A stretch of DNA of 64,000 nt, from the NCBI GenBank assembly GCA_021613535.1, contig CP075492.1:1240001-1304000 (forward strand). Direction: 5' to 3'. The notes below the pieces were generated by a model. That model made no database searches. It was not told the origin of the DNA and saw nothing but the letters and a program-made list of their open reading frames with translations. This DNA comes from Adineta vaga (Eukaryota > Animalia > Rotifera). The translations under genes and the position numbers were made by a program. Shown piece by piece: positions 1-13,100 of this stretch (the stretch's first letter is position 1; each line of letters begins with the position of its first letter).

Positions 1-284
1 CGCAACAAAATATCGAAACATACCCGGATCCTGCATGAAACGACCGGTTCTTGTCGGATACCGGTACCTCACTATAATTTTATACGATATGAATCAATCT
101 TCAAAAAGATATTTGATGTTGAAAATTTTATTTATATATTTTTAAAATCTAAATTGAACCGATCAAAATTAAAAATCATAGATATTTGGAACAAATTGAA
201 TGATAAGTATCTAAGTAGTTAGTAGTTTTGCTTCATCAAGTTCAATTCTCACAACATCGAAACCTTGTTCAAGTGTAAATAAAA

Positions 285-316
285 TTGAGGGTGTGGGTGA
301 GTGTGGATGAGGGGTG
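285..316. repeat. Telomere-repeat hairpin element, left arm only
   Basis: TTGAGGGTGTGGGTGAGTGTGGATGAGGGGTG. Confidence 0.7.
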
Positions 317-828
317 GCCCATAGGATATCAGAGTAGATTTCATCTAGATAAAGAAATCCAGATGAAAGATATCACAAGATATATTAGAACGAGGTGTCA
401 TACATCTAATATGACAAAGTATTCATCGAAATTAACAAAGAAACAATGAAAAAGAAATACATAACAACATAATACATGATATCCAACAGATTACTATTTC
501 AAACGAGGGTATATGTTGACGTCTTTCTAGACTACAAATACCGCGTGTATCTCAGCATAAAGTGTCGTTCAACACCAACTATATCTTCGATGAAGTCCTT
601 GAAATCGTCTACCTTACTAACATTATTCCCTGTAAAACCGTTTAAATCTCACATAACCATTTATGTAAGTTCTAAGTTTTTTTCTCTTTTTCCCCTTCTA
701 GATTCCGATGAAGTCAAGTTATAACTTGACAGAAACTAGTCAATAAAATACAAAAACAAATTATATTATTTTTTATTTATATATATTTCGAGAGAGTGTA
801 CGGGAGAAAAACAAGATTATATCTTTAA

Positions 829-858
829 AAACAAAGAGTAACCAATTACTCTTTGTTT
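829..858. repeat. Perfect 13-bp inverted repeat with 4-nt loop
   Basis: AAACAAAGAGTAA-ccaa-TTACTCTTTGTTT. Confidence 0.8.
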
Positions 859-1067
859 GATATTTCTGATGGATTTTGTTGAATCAAATTGCGCTAAACT
901 ACCATTGATAATTTCTTCTGTTAATTCACATAATGATATAAGAACTTGAAATCGAGCTCGTGCTGTTGCCTAAAACTCTCGGTTCCTTTCACTATAGTAA
1001 TTATATACATAATCAGTCCATTTTTGACCAATGAAATCTGATGAACAAATGCTTCATATGCAATGAT

Positions 1068-1115
1068 TAGCGTGCGGGTGTGGGTACAGAATGAATGTCA
1101 CACCCACACTCTCTA
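1068..1115. repeat. Telomere-repeat hairpin element (spacer family I, shortened)
   Basis: GCGTGCGGGTGTGGGT-acagaatgaatgtc-ACACCCACACTCTC. Confidence 0.8.
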
Positions 1116-1142
1116 TTTCAGTTTAACCTACATCACTGGGGC

Positions 1143-2170
1143 TTATTTCAGCAGTGCACTAGAAGCAAATAATTGTACGAAACATGTGGGGATTTCTAAA
1201 GCAGTATTATTGAGTGCATTGATCGCAATTGGTTCTCCGAGGCATAATTCTTCCCGTTGATATAAATCGGCGAAATGATTTGTGGTAAGATATCGGAACT
1301 TTGTGCGCATGTTCAGACTTTTCAGAGAACGCGACCACTCTTCGGGCTGGAACGAAGTCAATTGTTCCTCCATTTCGTACTGAAAGTGCTCGATATCCTT
1401 CCAATAGAGCAGTTTGAATAATACGTCTTCGCCAAAATCACTGGTAAAATGACTCGTGTCTCGTCATGTGATGATATGGACATTGAATTCTCAGAGAATG
1501 GAATATTCCGTTCTTGTGCGATGTAATTAGCTACCGCAGCCACATCATCTTTGTGTAAACCGAACGAACGTACAGCGATAGAATCAGTAAGTGTTGACCA
1601 GTTACGTGGTGGACATGGTTCTCGGGTATAAAACATCACTTGCAGTCCTGCATTTATTAGTGGTGCTATATATTGCTGTAAGAAAGCTTCTTCTGTGAAT
1701 GTTGACGAACGTGAGAGCAGTTCGTGCAGGACGGATTGACAACTGATAAGAACAGTCAATATTTCACCTTGTTCGTGCCAATTGAGCAGGTTGTAATACC
1801 ACTTTTGCTGCAGCATCCATGACATCATCTTCGACGACAACAGCAATACCTTGAGCACGAGCTTCAGCTGCTGCACATGGACTAATTTCCACAAGGATAC
1901 CATACTGAGAAACTAATGCGTCCATTAGTGCAAATAGATCTGAACCATCCGCTCCTCCTATCGACACCACTGCTGTAGAGCTGCGTATGTTTGTTAAATC
2001 GTTGCCGTTGTTAGCTTGAAAATTTGGATGTAAAAACCAACGCTGGTATTCTTCGTCAACGCATTGAAGAACTTCACTGGCTTTTCGAATACCCTTATTC
2101 TTGAATAAAGATTGATAATCTTCGTCGTGTAACAAATCAACATTGGTAATAGAAACAGCACTCGGTCCAT
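1143..2170 (-). pseudogene. Frameshifted, 5'-truncated fragment resembling a SAM-dependent methyltransferase
   Basis: Three overlapping ORFs (1764-2135, 1358-1903, 1143-1373) read as one protein across two frameshifts. Motif-like SIGGADGSD, VEIS, EDD, SVLHE. Frame stays open up to the hairpin at 2171. No introns; looks more GC-rich than flanks. Confidence 0.5.
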
Positions 2171-2233
2171 CTTGAGGGTGTGGGTGTGATTGAAGGTAAT
2201 AAGACGATATCTACAGTCTCACGTACAACATCA
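2171..2233. repeat. Telomere-repeat hairpin element (right arm decayed)
   Basis: (CAT)CTTGAGGGTGTGGGTGTGATTG...CTCACGTACAACATCA. Confidence 0.75.
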
Positions 2234-2494
2234 TGTAGGTTCGTTCTAGAGGAAATGAAAAGTCGATATTATATGGTATTTGCACAATGCCATAGTGCGA
2301 TGATTTCATTAGAATTTCAACTAAATTGAAGGTTGAACACTCAAGGGTGAGACAGAGAACTCAATTTTAAGTTAAATCAAAGCATCTAGCTTTATTACAA
2401 TCATTAGCAAACATTGACAATCAAAAATTCAACTTTGTCGCCGTTGCATTTTCCTATTTTTTCCGATTGTAAACTGAGTGATTATAACGGAAAC

Positions 2495-2542
2495 AGGTGG
2501 ATGTAGGTTGCAATGTTTTGATGATTGCCATCCACACCTCTC
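2495..2542. repeat. Degenerate telomere-repeat hairpin element
   Basis: AGGTGGATGTAGGTTGCAAT...ATTGCCATCCACACCTCTC. Confidence 0.5.
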
Positions 2543-2599
2543 GCAGTTAAATGATAGTTGTTGACAAGTGTTCGAATGAGAGCAAATCAAAGAATTTAT

Positions 2600-5500
2600 T
2601 TAAACATGATAACGTTGTGGAGCTATTTTAATAAGTTCATCGGATATATTAGCAATTTTCAGGTCAGCTAATGTATTCACGATCGATTGAGAAATTGGAA
2701 AACCCCAGAATTTGAAAAGTGGTACGACATTCTGTTGAACCTGCCGAGAAAAGGTTTCAATCCAATAGTCAATTTTTTCTTGATTATTAAATAGATTCGG
2801 TTTTGTTCTTTCATAATGAAGAAAGACGGATTGATAGCTCTCCCAGCCAAATTCACGCGCTAATTGAGTATAGATACGAAGAGCAATATACGGATCCTCT
2901 TTCCAATGAGTAAAATTTGCTCCGTTTTCAATATATTGACGCGTACTTGATATTGCATCTTTATTCCATTCATGAATTCCTGGTCGAACGCGACATACAG
3001 TATCCAATGCATGTAAAGTGAAGATATTCGCGGTCACTTCTACAGTACCGTCAAATGCTAGAGAATAAACAATTGAAAGAAAGGAATATAAAATAAGTAA
3101 TAAATTCTTTACTCCACCAGCCCCGTTGCAAGTTATGACCAACTTCGTGAAAAATTCCCCACCATCCATTCTTCTTGAGAATATCCGTGTTAAGAATGAA
3201 CAGGTCTGATTTTGAATCAGTTATATCCATATGAGTGACTATTGGGTAACCGGAATCTAAAATAGTCATCGTCCCAATGATTTCAAAACTCGACTATAAT
3301 TGAATATAGTTACGCATGTAACCATGTGAAGGTTGTATATCGGGAACGATTCGTTCTCGACGGGCTGGCTTTGTTCCACGTAGATTATGGCTAGCCAATA
3401 TCACCGAGTCCCAGAATTCAAGTGCATCATCTAATTGAGTGCTTGTCAAATGTAATACACTTTTCGACGGTGATTAAAGACCATATAACGACTAGCAATA
3501 TCTGCCCAAGTTCCTTGAGCATGACGTTGTTGATAGTCCCAATTAGCTGCTCGTTTTGGATCAGTCAGATCATAAGTTGGTGTCAGGATAACGTGATGTA
3601 AAGAAACAGTAATTGAACATCCAGATGCTTCTGGACTTTCAAGAAACAGAAGACCACCATACAGTGAACTCATTTGAATACTATTCGATCTCAATAATTT
3701 ACTTAGAGAAATGCGAGGTGGTCGGCGTAGTTCTTGTAAATTCTGCAGCAGTCGAAAAAAGAGAGTAGAAGATCAGTGTCAAACGGTAAACTTACGGTGA
3801 GATCATCGGTATGACAACCGATTCGAGCTGACCATCCAAAGGCACAAACCTGTTCCGATACGTTGATTTCGATAGAAGTATTAGCAGCGACATAGTATCC
3901 TAAAAGAGATTCGTATTTAGACAAAGTGCACTATGAAAAAGGAAAGCGGTGATATATTGATTCAATTTTTTTATAAACAATAAACCTCAGCAAATACGAA
4001 CTTACCAGTAGAGTGCCATTCACTTGCATTCGATTGAATACGATAAGTAATATTTGTTTCCATACGAGGGGTTTGTTTAAAAACACCAAGAAAACCACTG
4101 ACATCTAAATATAAAACATAATTTCAGTTGAAGACTGTTCATCTGTCGCAGACAACAGCAGTCTTGCAGAAAGAACTTTGTCATGACCTAATACAGCGAT
4201 TATCTCTCTATATTTTTTAGACATTCTATGTTGTATTTCCTATCATTTTAAGAAAGAATTTGACAGAATAGTGTTTCTCTTTTTAAAACTTTGCGGTTTC
4301 TTAAATCTAGTACTCCTACCTAGACGAAATCCGGCAATACCATCAGAATATAAGTTTCCACCGTTACCAATACTTGATTTGAGGAAACACTTGTGATTTA
4401 CTCGATTCCAAGTGAAGGCATTACATCTGCTATCGTTACAGCATTTAGCATAACACTCTACATAAGTTGTTTCTGTTACTGGTGTATCAATATCTTTTCC
4501 CGAATAGTCCCAATCTTCTTTTATGATGAAGTCAGGACACATATCTAAATAGGATCAAACAAAAACAATAACTTAGATTCTTAATGGGATGTAGTCAACT
4601 ATGAATACTTCAAAGTAATATATGGGTGAATGCGTTACCTAGGGATTGTCTGAACAGGACTAGTCTCCAACGCTGAGTTGCTGAATCATTATTCGACCAA
4701 ATTTGAACATTAGTTTCATCGGATGTTGCACTACCTTTGGTATCTAGTACTTTACCAGAGATTGCATGGATCAACTTATATACTCCATGCCCAAGTGATT
4801 TAAGATGCCACTTTTGTGCATTTGATTTATTGTCTGTCCAGATTTGAACATTGGTACCATCCGAAGTGTGGCTTTCAAACACATCCAGTGCTTTTTTACT
4901 GAATGGATCAATCAGCATGACGGTATCGTCTTCATTCGCATTGATGACCCAAAGTTGATTTTTGCCTTTGTGGTTTCTAAATATCTGAACATTAGCGCCA
5001 TTATGTGTCGCTTCATCATAAATATCCAAACACTTGTTCGAGGCAGCATGAATTAATTGATAGGTGTCACCAAAGAGAATATCATCATCGCCTATATAAA
5101 GAAGTTCTATTTTAATAACAATAATATAATCAAATGAAAACGTCATTAATCTATCTCATTATATCATGAATATGTCTATAAAAGTTAATTCGTGCAAAAC
5201 ATTACTATATTTCTGTTCTGATGTCGCAGAATTTTATTTTTTTTATTAATTAAAAAAGAGATTTTCGCTGAAATTTTGAAGAACAAACTCAGTACCTTTA
5301 GAATTGATATGAAATTTTTGTACTCGATGATTTCCCAGATTGGCAACATAGATATTACCGTGTCGGTCAAACGACAAACCGATAGGTGCATGAAGTTGGT
5401 TTGATCGATCTCCTCCACCATTTCCACCAACAACGATATTTCCCTCTTTGGCTCCTTTCATCCAACGCATGATTCGATTATTTCCATTGTCAGCCACATA

Positions 5501-6645
5501 AACAGTACCCGATTGATCGACAACGACTCCTTCAACCCATGACAATTGTGCAAGTCCATTTCCTCCTCCCTGACCACCAGCTACGACAATGCCTTCTTTG
5601 GCATCTTTCATCCATTTCATCACACGATTATTTCCCGAATCAGACACATATACTGAATGATCTCCATCGACGAATACGTATCTCGGAGAAGAGAGTTGAT
5701 CAAGATGATTTCCTTTTCCATTTCCACCTGCAACGACTGTTCCTTGAGATTCTCCGCTTTCATATCGTCGTACTTCAGCGTTTACATCATCAGTGACATA
5801 GAGAAATCCACTATCGTCCATTGTCAAACCCCAACAATTAATATTCGAGATGATTACTTCTCCATTTGTTCCGTTGCGACGAGGCCATCGAACAATTCTT
5901 GTATTACTTCTATCGCAAATGATAAGACTATCTTTCTCCTTGTCGACAATCACATCTCTTGGATTAGACAACTGATGGTATCCACTTCCGTGTCCATTTC
6001 CACCAGCAACTACTTGTCCAGTAGTCGTACCGAGTTTCCATTCCGTAATACGATGATTCGACCATTCAGCAACATAGATAGCTCCATCACCATCATCATC
6101 AACATAAATACCTAATGGTTGATTAAGTTGATGGTTTCCATTCCCTGCTCCATTTCCTCCCGCCACAATGATACCATTTTGTTTCCATTTAGTATTAAGA
6201 TTAATGGCAATCGAATTTCCACGTAATGGAATGGCTGAAATAGAGAATCGAATGAAGAAGATCAAAAGATGATGAGAGTATAGACGTATGTCAAGTAAAA
6301 ACAATTATTTAATTCATATTTCTCTTTGCACTTGATTTTTCTGTATATTTTCTAAGTACAGAAATATATTCTTTTTCCCTTTGAGTGTTACTTACTTTTA
6401 TTACCAACGGGAATATTTTCTTCTAAAATAGTAATTCTTTTCTGTAGATCCCTGTATTTTCGATCGTTTTCAGATAATCTATTATTGAGACTTGCAATAG
6501 TCACTGTCAGATTCTGTACTTTATCTTCAAGTGTCTTGTGATTTTGACAGCATTTATCAGTGGCATCGTCGGAGAATGTTGATGTTGACGATTCTCCAGA
6601 CCAAATGAGAATCAATAAACCGAACTGCACCAAAGTCGAAAACAT
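2600..6645 (-). CDS. Secreted multidomain protein: signal peptide/coiled coil, NHL beta-propeller, ricin B lectin, PAN/apple, M60-like (TCAF-type) zinc metallopeptidase; one frameshift near 3473
   Basis: Nine exons joined in frame by GT-AG introns (approx 6645-6396, 6235-5296, 5091-4639, 4544-4320, 4105-4006, 3900-3796, 3743-3315, 3257-3113, 3058-2600). GIFHEVGHNL plus EVTANIF gluzincin motifs, QxW repeats, NHL repeats, CYAKCCNDSRCNAFTW PAN motif. Confidence 0.8.
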
Positions 6646-7098
6646 TTATTCTAAACGATTCGTTAAAATTGGGTTAAGCATTTTTTTTGTTTAAATAGAA
6701 GATAAGTGAGAAAAATACAAATATTCCCATTAATCTCATATTTTATTTCAAAATAGATAAGAACTCCGAATATGGAATGGGATCAACTGCGTGCAATGAA
6801 TAATGATAAGTTGAAATGTTTTGACAAAAAAGATCCCATCAGATAGAATGACGAATGAGAGATAAATATTTGGGAGTTTATCCCATCGTATTCGTTCTAT
6901 GAAGCGAACAAACATTCATATGACAATTTTTTATGATGAAACATTTGCACTAATTTAAATATTCTTCGAAAATAATCTATACCTCTCTTGTATTTATTGA
7001 TTAATCTACAGATTTTTCGTGATTTCTCATCAAATCATCTTTAAAAAAAACCGGTAACCATAGGGTTAAGTGTGATAAAAGAAAAGTAAACAACTGCA

Positions 7099-8709
7099 TT
7101 ATTGCGCAGTCTTTTTAAGAATTTCTTCCTCGTTACTCGTTCCGATTTCTCGAACACAACGTTCGCATCTACAGACAAATCCATAAGTTATTTGAAAAAG
7201 TTGTTGACGTTCGATGAACGGACGATCAGGATCAATATAGCTGATAAAAACTTGCTGATTTTTTTCAATTCCTTCTTTTCGAGCAACAATCACTTGATGA
7301 GCATTCCTGCTCGTAATATAAATAACATTAGAAACACATGAATGATTGAAGAAACTACTGAAAGGAAATAGTTTTCCATTTGCTGGCTTCATTGGAGCTT
7401 TATATTCTCCAAAGACGTTAGGTAATAATTTGTTTCGAAGCGTATAATAGATCCAAAAATCGAACTTATCTATATCACGATATGGACACAAACCCAATAT
7501 TTTGAGCAAGTCTAAGTACATGAAATATGATTGATAAATATCCCATGGTACCACTTCTTTCACACCTTTTGCAAGATATTTTACAGCATTTATTTCAAGA
7601 GGATGTTGTTTGTTTTGAACGGCAATTGCCAATAATCGTAATACAAACAAATGAATTAAACTGCTACATGAAATTCCTCTAGCAACAAACTCTACGATAT
7701 GAGAAATATCACGACCACAAAGAGTTTTATGGTAAGTTTCCATCGCAGATTGAAGACAATCGACACTACAAAAGCGTTCTCCACATTCTCTGCATGTCGT
7801 CTTGTGTATTTCATTTGACTTGTTTGTCGAAGTTGATAAAATACTGTTGCAATAATTGCATTTAGGACCATATAATCCATTGTTTACAAAAATTCCCGTC
7901 TCGTCTAGAATTCGTTCTTTTGATTTGATTGTCTTCCGTGCTATAATACCCAATTGAGGTCTACCCGTTTTAGAAATTGATGCAGAAGATACAAGTTCGG
8001 AATTATAAAGTGCTGGATTGTCAGGCCTAAAAAAATTTAAGTGATTGTTTTGAAAGTACAAGAAAACTTACATTTGAACTATCATCAATTTCGGTGCAAA
8101 TGATTCCAATGCGTTATTCAATTTCTTCATTTCGGTTTCTATATCATTTGCTGAATTGAAGGGTTCAAAATCATCCCATGGATATGTCACTATACGCATG
8201 GTACCTAAGTTCGAAATGGTATCAATTGAAACTCCCGACGGAATATTTGTCTTATTTAATGTATTGACTTTCTGATTTATCTTGTCATGGAAAATAGCTT
8301 GTTTTTTTAGTACCGTTTTATGCACTTCATTGGAAAGTAAATGAGAATTGGCTAATAGTCGATTAATATACTGTAATGCCATTTGAAACGTGTTCAAGGC
8401 TTCAGTAGCAAGAAGACAGGTATATAATACATCAAGTTTTAGAAACACGCAATCATTCCGATCTTCTCGAGATAATGTTTTCTTTGCAAGTTTATCATCT
8501 AAAATTTGAAGTCCACGAGCTGCATCAGTAAATGCTAATTCTGGATATCCAAGCTTTAAATGAGTGTTTGATCGATGATTCCATATTCGAGCATCAAATG
8601 GATCTAAAGTAAGTGCTTGAGTATACAACGCACGTGCTGCAAGATATTCCTCATTATCAAATAATTGCCGAGCACTATCAATCAGCTTTTCAACATCTTG
8701 CGACGCCAT
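7099..8709 (-). CDS. TPR + SET/MYND (SMYD-like) lysine methyltransferase
   Basis: N-terminal TPR; CNYC..CRECGERFCSVDC..YHKTLC MYND finger; FFNHSC, ISY and CRCERC post-SET; one short intron at about 8027-8070. Confidence 0.85.
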
Positions 8710-9431
8710 GTCAAGATTATTCTTATGTTCTTTGACGACAATCTAAACTTTGAATTGAAAATTTAAAGTATGAAAATATCTATCTGTTTAAAAAAAATTA
8801 ATACTGTCACATTAAAAGTATATCTCTAACTAACTAATGAAAATTTTCAAATGTATCATTCTCCAACAATGCACGTATATTTTAAATACAGTCTGTGTTT
8901 GAAAGAATTGAATAATAAATCAAATAAACATACAGAGTACAAAAGCAGAAAAGGACAAAACTTTTGCTGCGCGTTTCGTTAACAAACTGAATGCAGAAAA
9001 AATATTGAAAAACACCAAGACTGAGTGCTGGATGTTTTCTTCTTCATCTCACCATGTTTACCTAACACTTATATGCTGTATTGCCGAAAAGAAGAAAAGA
9101 AAAACACAGCTGTAGCAAAGAGGTGTCTTTGTTTTCTTTTAAGTTAAAATATTTTATTTCATGATTTCTTCAGAGAGAGAGAGTAAAGTACATAATTTCA
9201 GAACCGTCAAGATAGAAGAGCGATGGAGATTAGTTTAGTGCGTGGGCTACATGAATTCTGTTGGAGACATAATATTTAGATAATTATATGTAAATTAACA
9301 TGAGGCAATAGGTAGTGACTATTGGTTTCTTTCGGCTACTGGCAAAGCTTCTCATACAAGAGAGAATGTTTTATGTCGAAGGGCGTTTTAGGTATATCTT
9401 TCGAAACAAGAGTTTTGTTTATAACTCTAAT

Positions 9432-9484
9432 CTTAGGGATGAGAATGAAGGTGCCACTAATTGAACCCTTCGTCACATCCTCAA
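9432..9484. repeat. Degenerate telomere-repeat hairpin element
   Basis: CTTAGGGATGAGAATGAAGGT...ACCCTTCGTCACATCCTCAA. Confidence 0.6.
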
Positions 9485-10163
9485 CAAAATTTCTTCATTC
9501 AAATTATCTAATAGAGAAAATACATGTGGTCAAATAAAATTGTTTTTTTTCTCAATTTTCATTAAATGAATTTCCTAATTTACGACGATTATCAATAAAA
9601 AATTTAGATCAATGGTCATATTTTACTGAACAAATCTTAAATAAATAAACACATTTAACAACAAAATGATTTTCAGGATGAAGATTATTTTCCATTAATA
9701 GAAAATTTATAATCTTATTTTCATATCCACATTATTAGAAAGTAAATTAAAAACAACAATATATTTAATTTTAAATCCAAAATGTAAAATTTAATCAAAT
9801 AAAAATAAATTTTCCAAATATTCAATTATTATAACATTTGATGAACCATTATCATTTTCTTCTCAATTAGAAAATCATATTTCTGCAATGAATTATATAA
9901 AACAACTTAAAACAATTATTAAATAACGATGAATTATCTGATTATTTTAATGTCAAAATTAAAGAATTAATTATAAAAGGAAATGTATTTTCGGATTATT
10001 TATTAATGAACTTATCAAATTTATCTGTTCATTGTATAAATATTTTTAATCAAGATATTCAATTTTGGATTGAAGAAAATCTTCAAGAATTTAATGGAAC
10101 ATTTTTATTAAATAAATATGATAATACTTCACATTTTTGGATGGATAGATATATTAACAAGTA
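9485..10163 (+). pseudogene. Decayed fragment of a leucine-rich (F-box/LRR-like) protein
   Basis: Translates to FSLNEFPNLRRLSIKNLDQW... with multiple stops; begins right after the hairpin. Confidence 0.4.
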
Positions 10164-10351
10164 AAGGTCACGTGCCGACCCACTTTTAGCTCTCGACTAT
10201 GTGGAGGACCGGTATTTTTAGTTTGTCCCAAGAGTGCTACGATTTGATCTGGCTACTTAATATACGAGAAAACAACTCACATTTTATTATTGAAACATGT
10301 ATTAACCTTCGTAAGCTAAATATTAACTTTTCTTTATCGTGAAATCAATTT

Positions 10352-10397
10352 CATCCAACACCCAACTCTATACCCCCGCACCCACAATTTCACTCAA
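10352..10397. repeat. Right arm of a degenerate telomere-repeat element
   Basis: CATCCAACACCC...ATACCCCCGCACCCAC...CACTCAA. Confidence 0.45.
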
Positions 10398-10729
10398 CAT
10401 TCTGGTTGATATTGCGTCACGATGATTTCTGACTATAACGTTCACTGATGTTTTTTTCACCTTTGACCTTGACACAAACAAACTATTTTTTTTCTCATAT
10501 GACCTTCCTTACAGTCGAGGAAATAAGACATAGGAGACAATCTGTATATTTTCTCTATCTATAATAATAATTATTTATTTGATTTTGAAGAATCAAAAAA
10601 GAATATATTTAATGATTTGAGAGTATGGATGAGATTTGTTCTTACTGTATCTTCACCTACAATCTCAATTCTATTCATTAATTTTCATTAAAATAAAAAG
10701 TAAAATTTGAAAAAATTAAAAAAATAATT

Positions 10730-12268
10730 TTATAGTTTTTCAGTTTCAGTATGAATAAATCCATTGTTATATTGTTTTAAAGATTGATGATTTCTATTAT
10801 TTGCCATTTCAAGTACTAATGCTCGATATTTGTCATCTTTTCGTTGCATTTGTTTACGATATTTATATGGAACAGAAAAGAACCAAATGATAATAATAAT
10901 ATGTAAAACAATAAAAATACTAATTAAAAAATAAAAAGCTCCATGATCTAAATATGCAAGTGACATATCACCTGTAACACGATAATCTAATGTACGTTTC
11001 CATGCAAGTAAACTAATAATTCCATGCCAAAAAGCATGAAGAACAAGATTACATATACATAATATTGCATATTTATCTAATGATGTTAAATAAGAAATAG
11101 TTGGCTTAAAAGAAAGAAAATATTTATTGATGAAATAGTTTTGATAAAGAAATTTACAAGTGATCGATTAACTGTCCATCGAAATGTAACTGATGTTAAA
11201 AGAAGTGTACATGAAACTTGAAGTCGATTAATTGCTACTCTAAAAAAGAGAAAATAATTTTCAGTTTTCTTTACAAAATCAAATCATTTAATTTACTGCA
11301 TTGGCATTCCAAATGTACAAAAAGATATAGAAGTGATTAATAAAATAAGAAAATATCCATTCCAATAGAAATATTCCGATCGACGTGCTATATGAAAAAA
11401 GATAAATCATATGATTTAATAAAAAGAATAAGATAACAATACCAGCATGACATGTAACAGTTAAAACTGAACGTTTTGGTTCTTCTTTATTTAATTGATA
11501 TTTGATATCTTGTTCATCATCATCATTATTATTATTATCGGTAAGAAAAAGAAAATCTTTAATAAATCTTTGTTCAGAATCTACATGTTCATATAAAAAC
11601 CATTCTTGTTGATCAACAAATGCTTCACGATTAACTCCACTTAAATTATATGGATCAGTATAAAATAAAACTTTATCATGATATAATGTTGAAGTAATTG
11701 ATATTGATAAATCTTGAATATCACTTGGAAAATGTTGTAATTCTAATTTTTCCCAAAATAAACCTTTAATAATACGATGTTCACAAATATATATTTGATT
11801 ATCATAAAGATTTCTTTTTGCACTATATTTTATTTGTTCTTTTAAATCACCTAAACTATTTTCAATAGAAATTTGTGGATGCCAATGAAATTCAGAATAG
11901 TTTTCAAGTACAATCGATTTTCCATTTAATAAACGATTTTGATCATCAATTGAAATAAAAGACAATAATTCATTCAATGAAATTATCCAACGTGATTCAA
12001 TTGATGCATGAGCTTGATATTTTTCATTTAATGTATCAATTTCACCTTATATACATAAAGTTTAAAAACAATAAGTCTATGAAAGATATTTTGTACAATT
12101 AAATTACCTATTCGAAGAAAAACAAGACGAATATAAACAGGAATAGCTTTATCTGTTTGTATTGATGATGATGAATCTATGTTAATACTTGTTTCTTGAA
12201 CAACTAGAATAAATATAAATAATATTCTTCTCATTTATTATAGAAATATTACTTGTTGATAATGACAT
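10730..12268 (-). CDS. Pentameric ligand-gated ion channel subunit-like protein lacking the Cys-loop cysteines
   Basis: Spliced. IGEIDTLNEKY, WHPQISIEN, LQHFPSDIQDLSI, M2-M3 region SCTLLLTSVTFRWTVNRSL/PTISYLTSLDKY. Confidence 0.75.
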
Positions 12269-13058
12269 GATTTTTTAATTGTAATAAATAGAAATAGAAT
12301 TTAGACTAAACAAATAAAATATACTGATGTATGTTTTTATACAGTGAAAGAAAAGGAAAAAAGAAAAATCTTCCCACTTTATTTTGATTGATAATAAAGT
12401 ATTATATCATTTGTTATTATCTTATTGACGTGAATAATCAAAATATGTTTTTTTTTACGCATTGAATAAATTATCATAAAGATGCACATGTAGATATATA
12501 ATATAAAAGTACCTGTTCTATTTAATTTTTGTTAGTGGTAACAAGATGACATAAATATAATATACTTATGAAAGTATGTCGATGAAAAATTTATCGATTT
12601 ATCTTCATTCGAGAGGATAGAAAATCACTATATATATATATCTTGAAATAAACATAAAATTAATTATTTAAATTTTCCACGTATTTTGATTTATGATTAC
12701 TAAAATTATACGTGACAATTCATAATATCTTGGAAAATTTTCTCATTCATCAATAATTGAACATCTTAATCAGATATTTCGATCGTATATTTTAAATATT
12801 TTAAAAAACTTACTAACAATATCGATAAATCTTCTTTAATTCTTTAAATTTGATTAGTTTCAATAGAAATATATTCTTAAAGAAAATATTTAAGGATAAA
12901 AATTTGCATTGCCTTCCTTCTCTCCCACTAGATCGTTATCGACAGCTAGAAACATCATCACAGACATCCTCAACGATCATGTGGTCGTAAAAGGTAATGA
13001 TGACAATAATAATGAACATCAATATGCCGATGTACAAAGTCCATATGGTTACTTTTGA

Positions 13059-13100
13059 TTGATAGGTGTGAGTCTCTTGTATTCACACCCACACCCTCAC
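13059..13100. repeat. Telomere-repeat hairpin element
   Basis: TTGATAGGTGTGAGT-ctcttgt-ATTCACACCCACACCCTCAC. Confidence 0.75.

Noticed and set aside
320-760. Possible decayed membrane-protein gene on the - strand (DDFKDFIEDIVGVERHF...)
   Set aside because: Many stops and no recognisable family.
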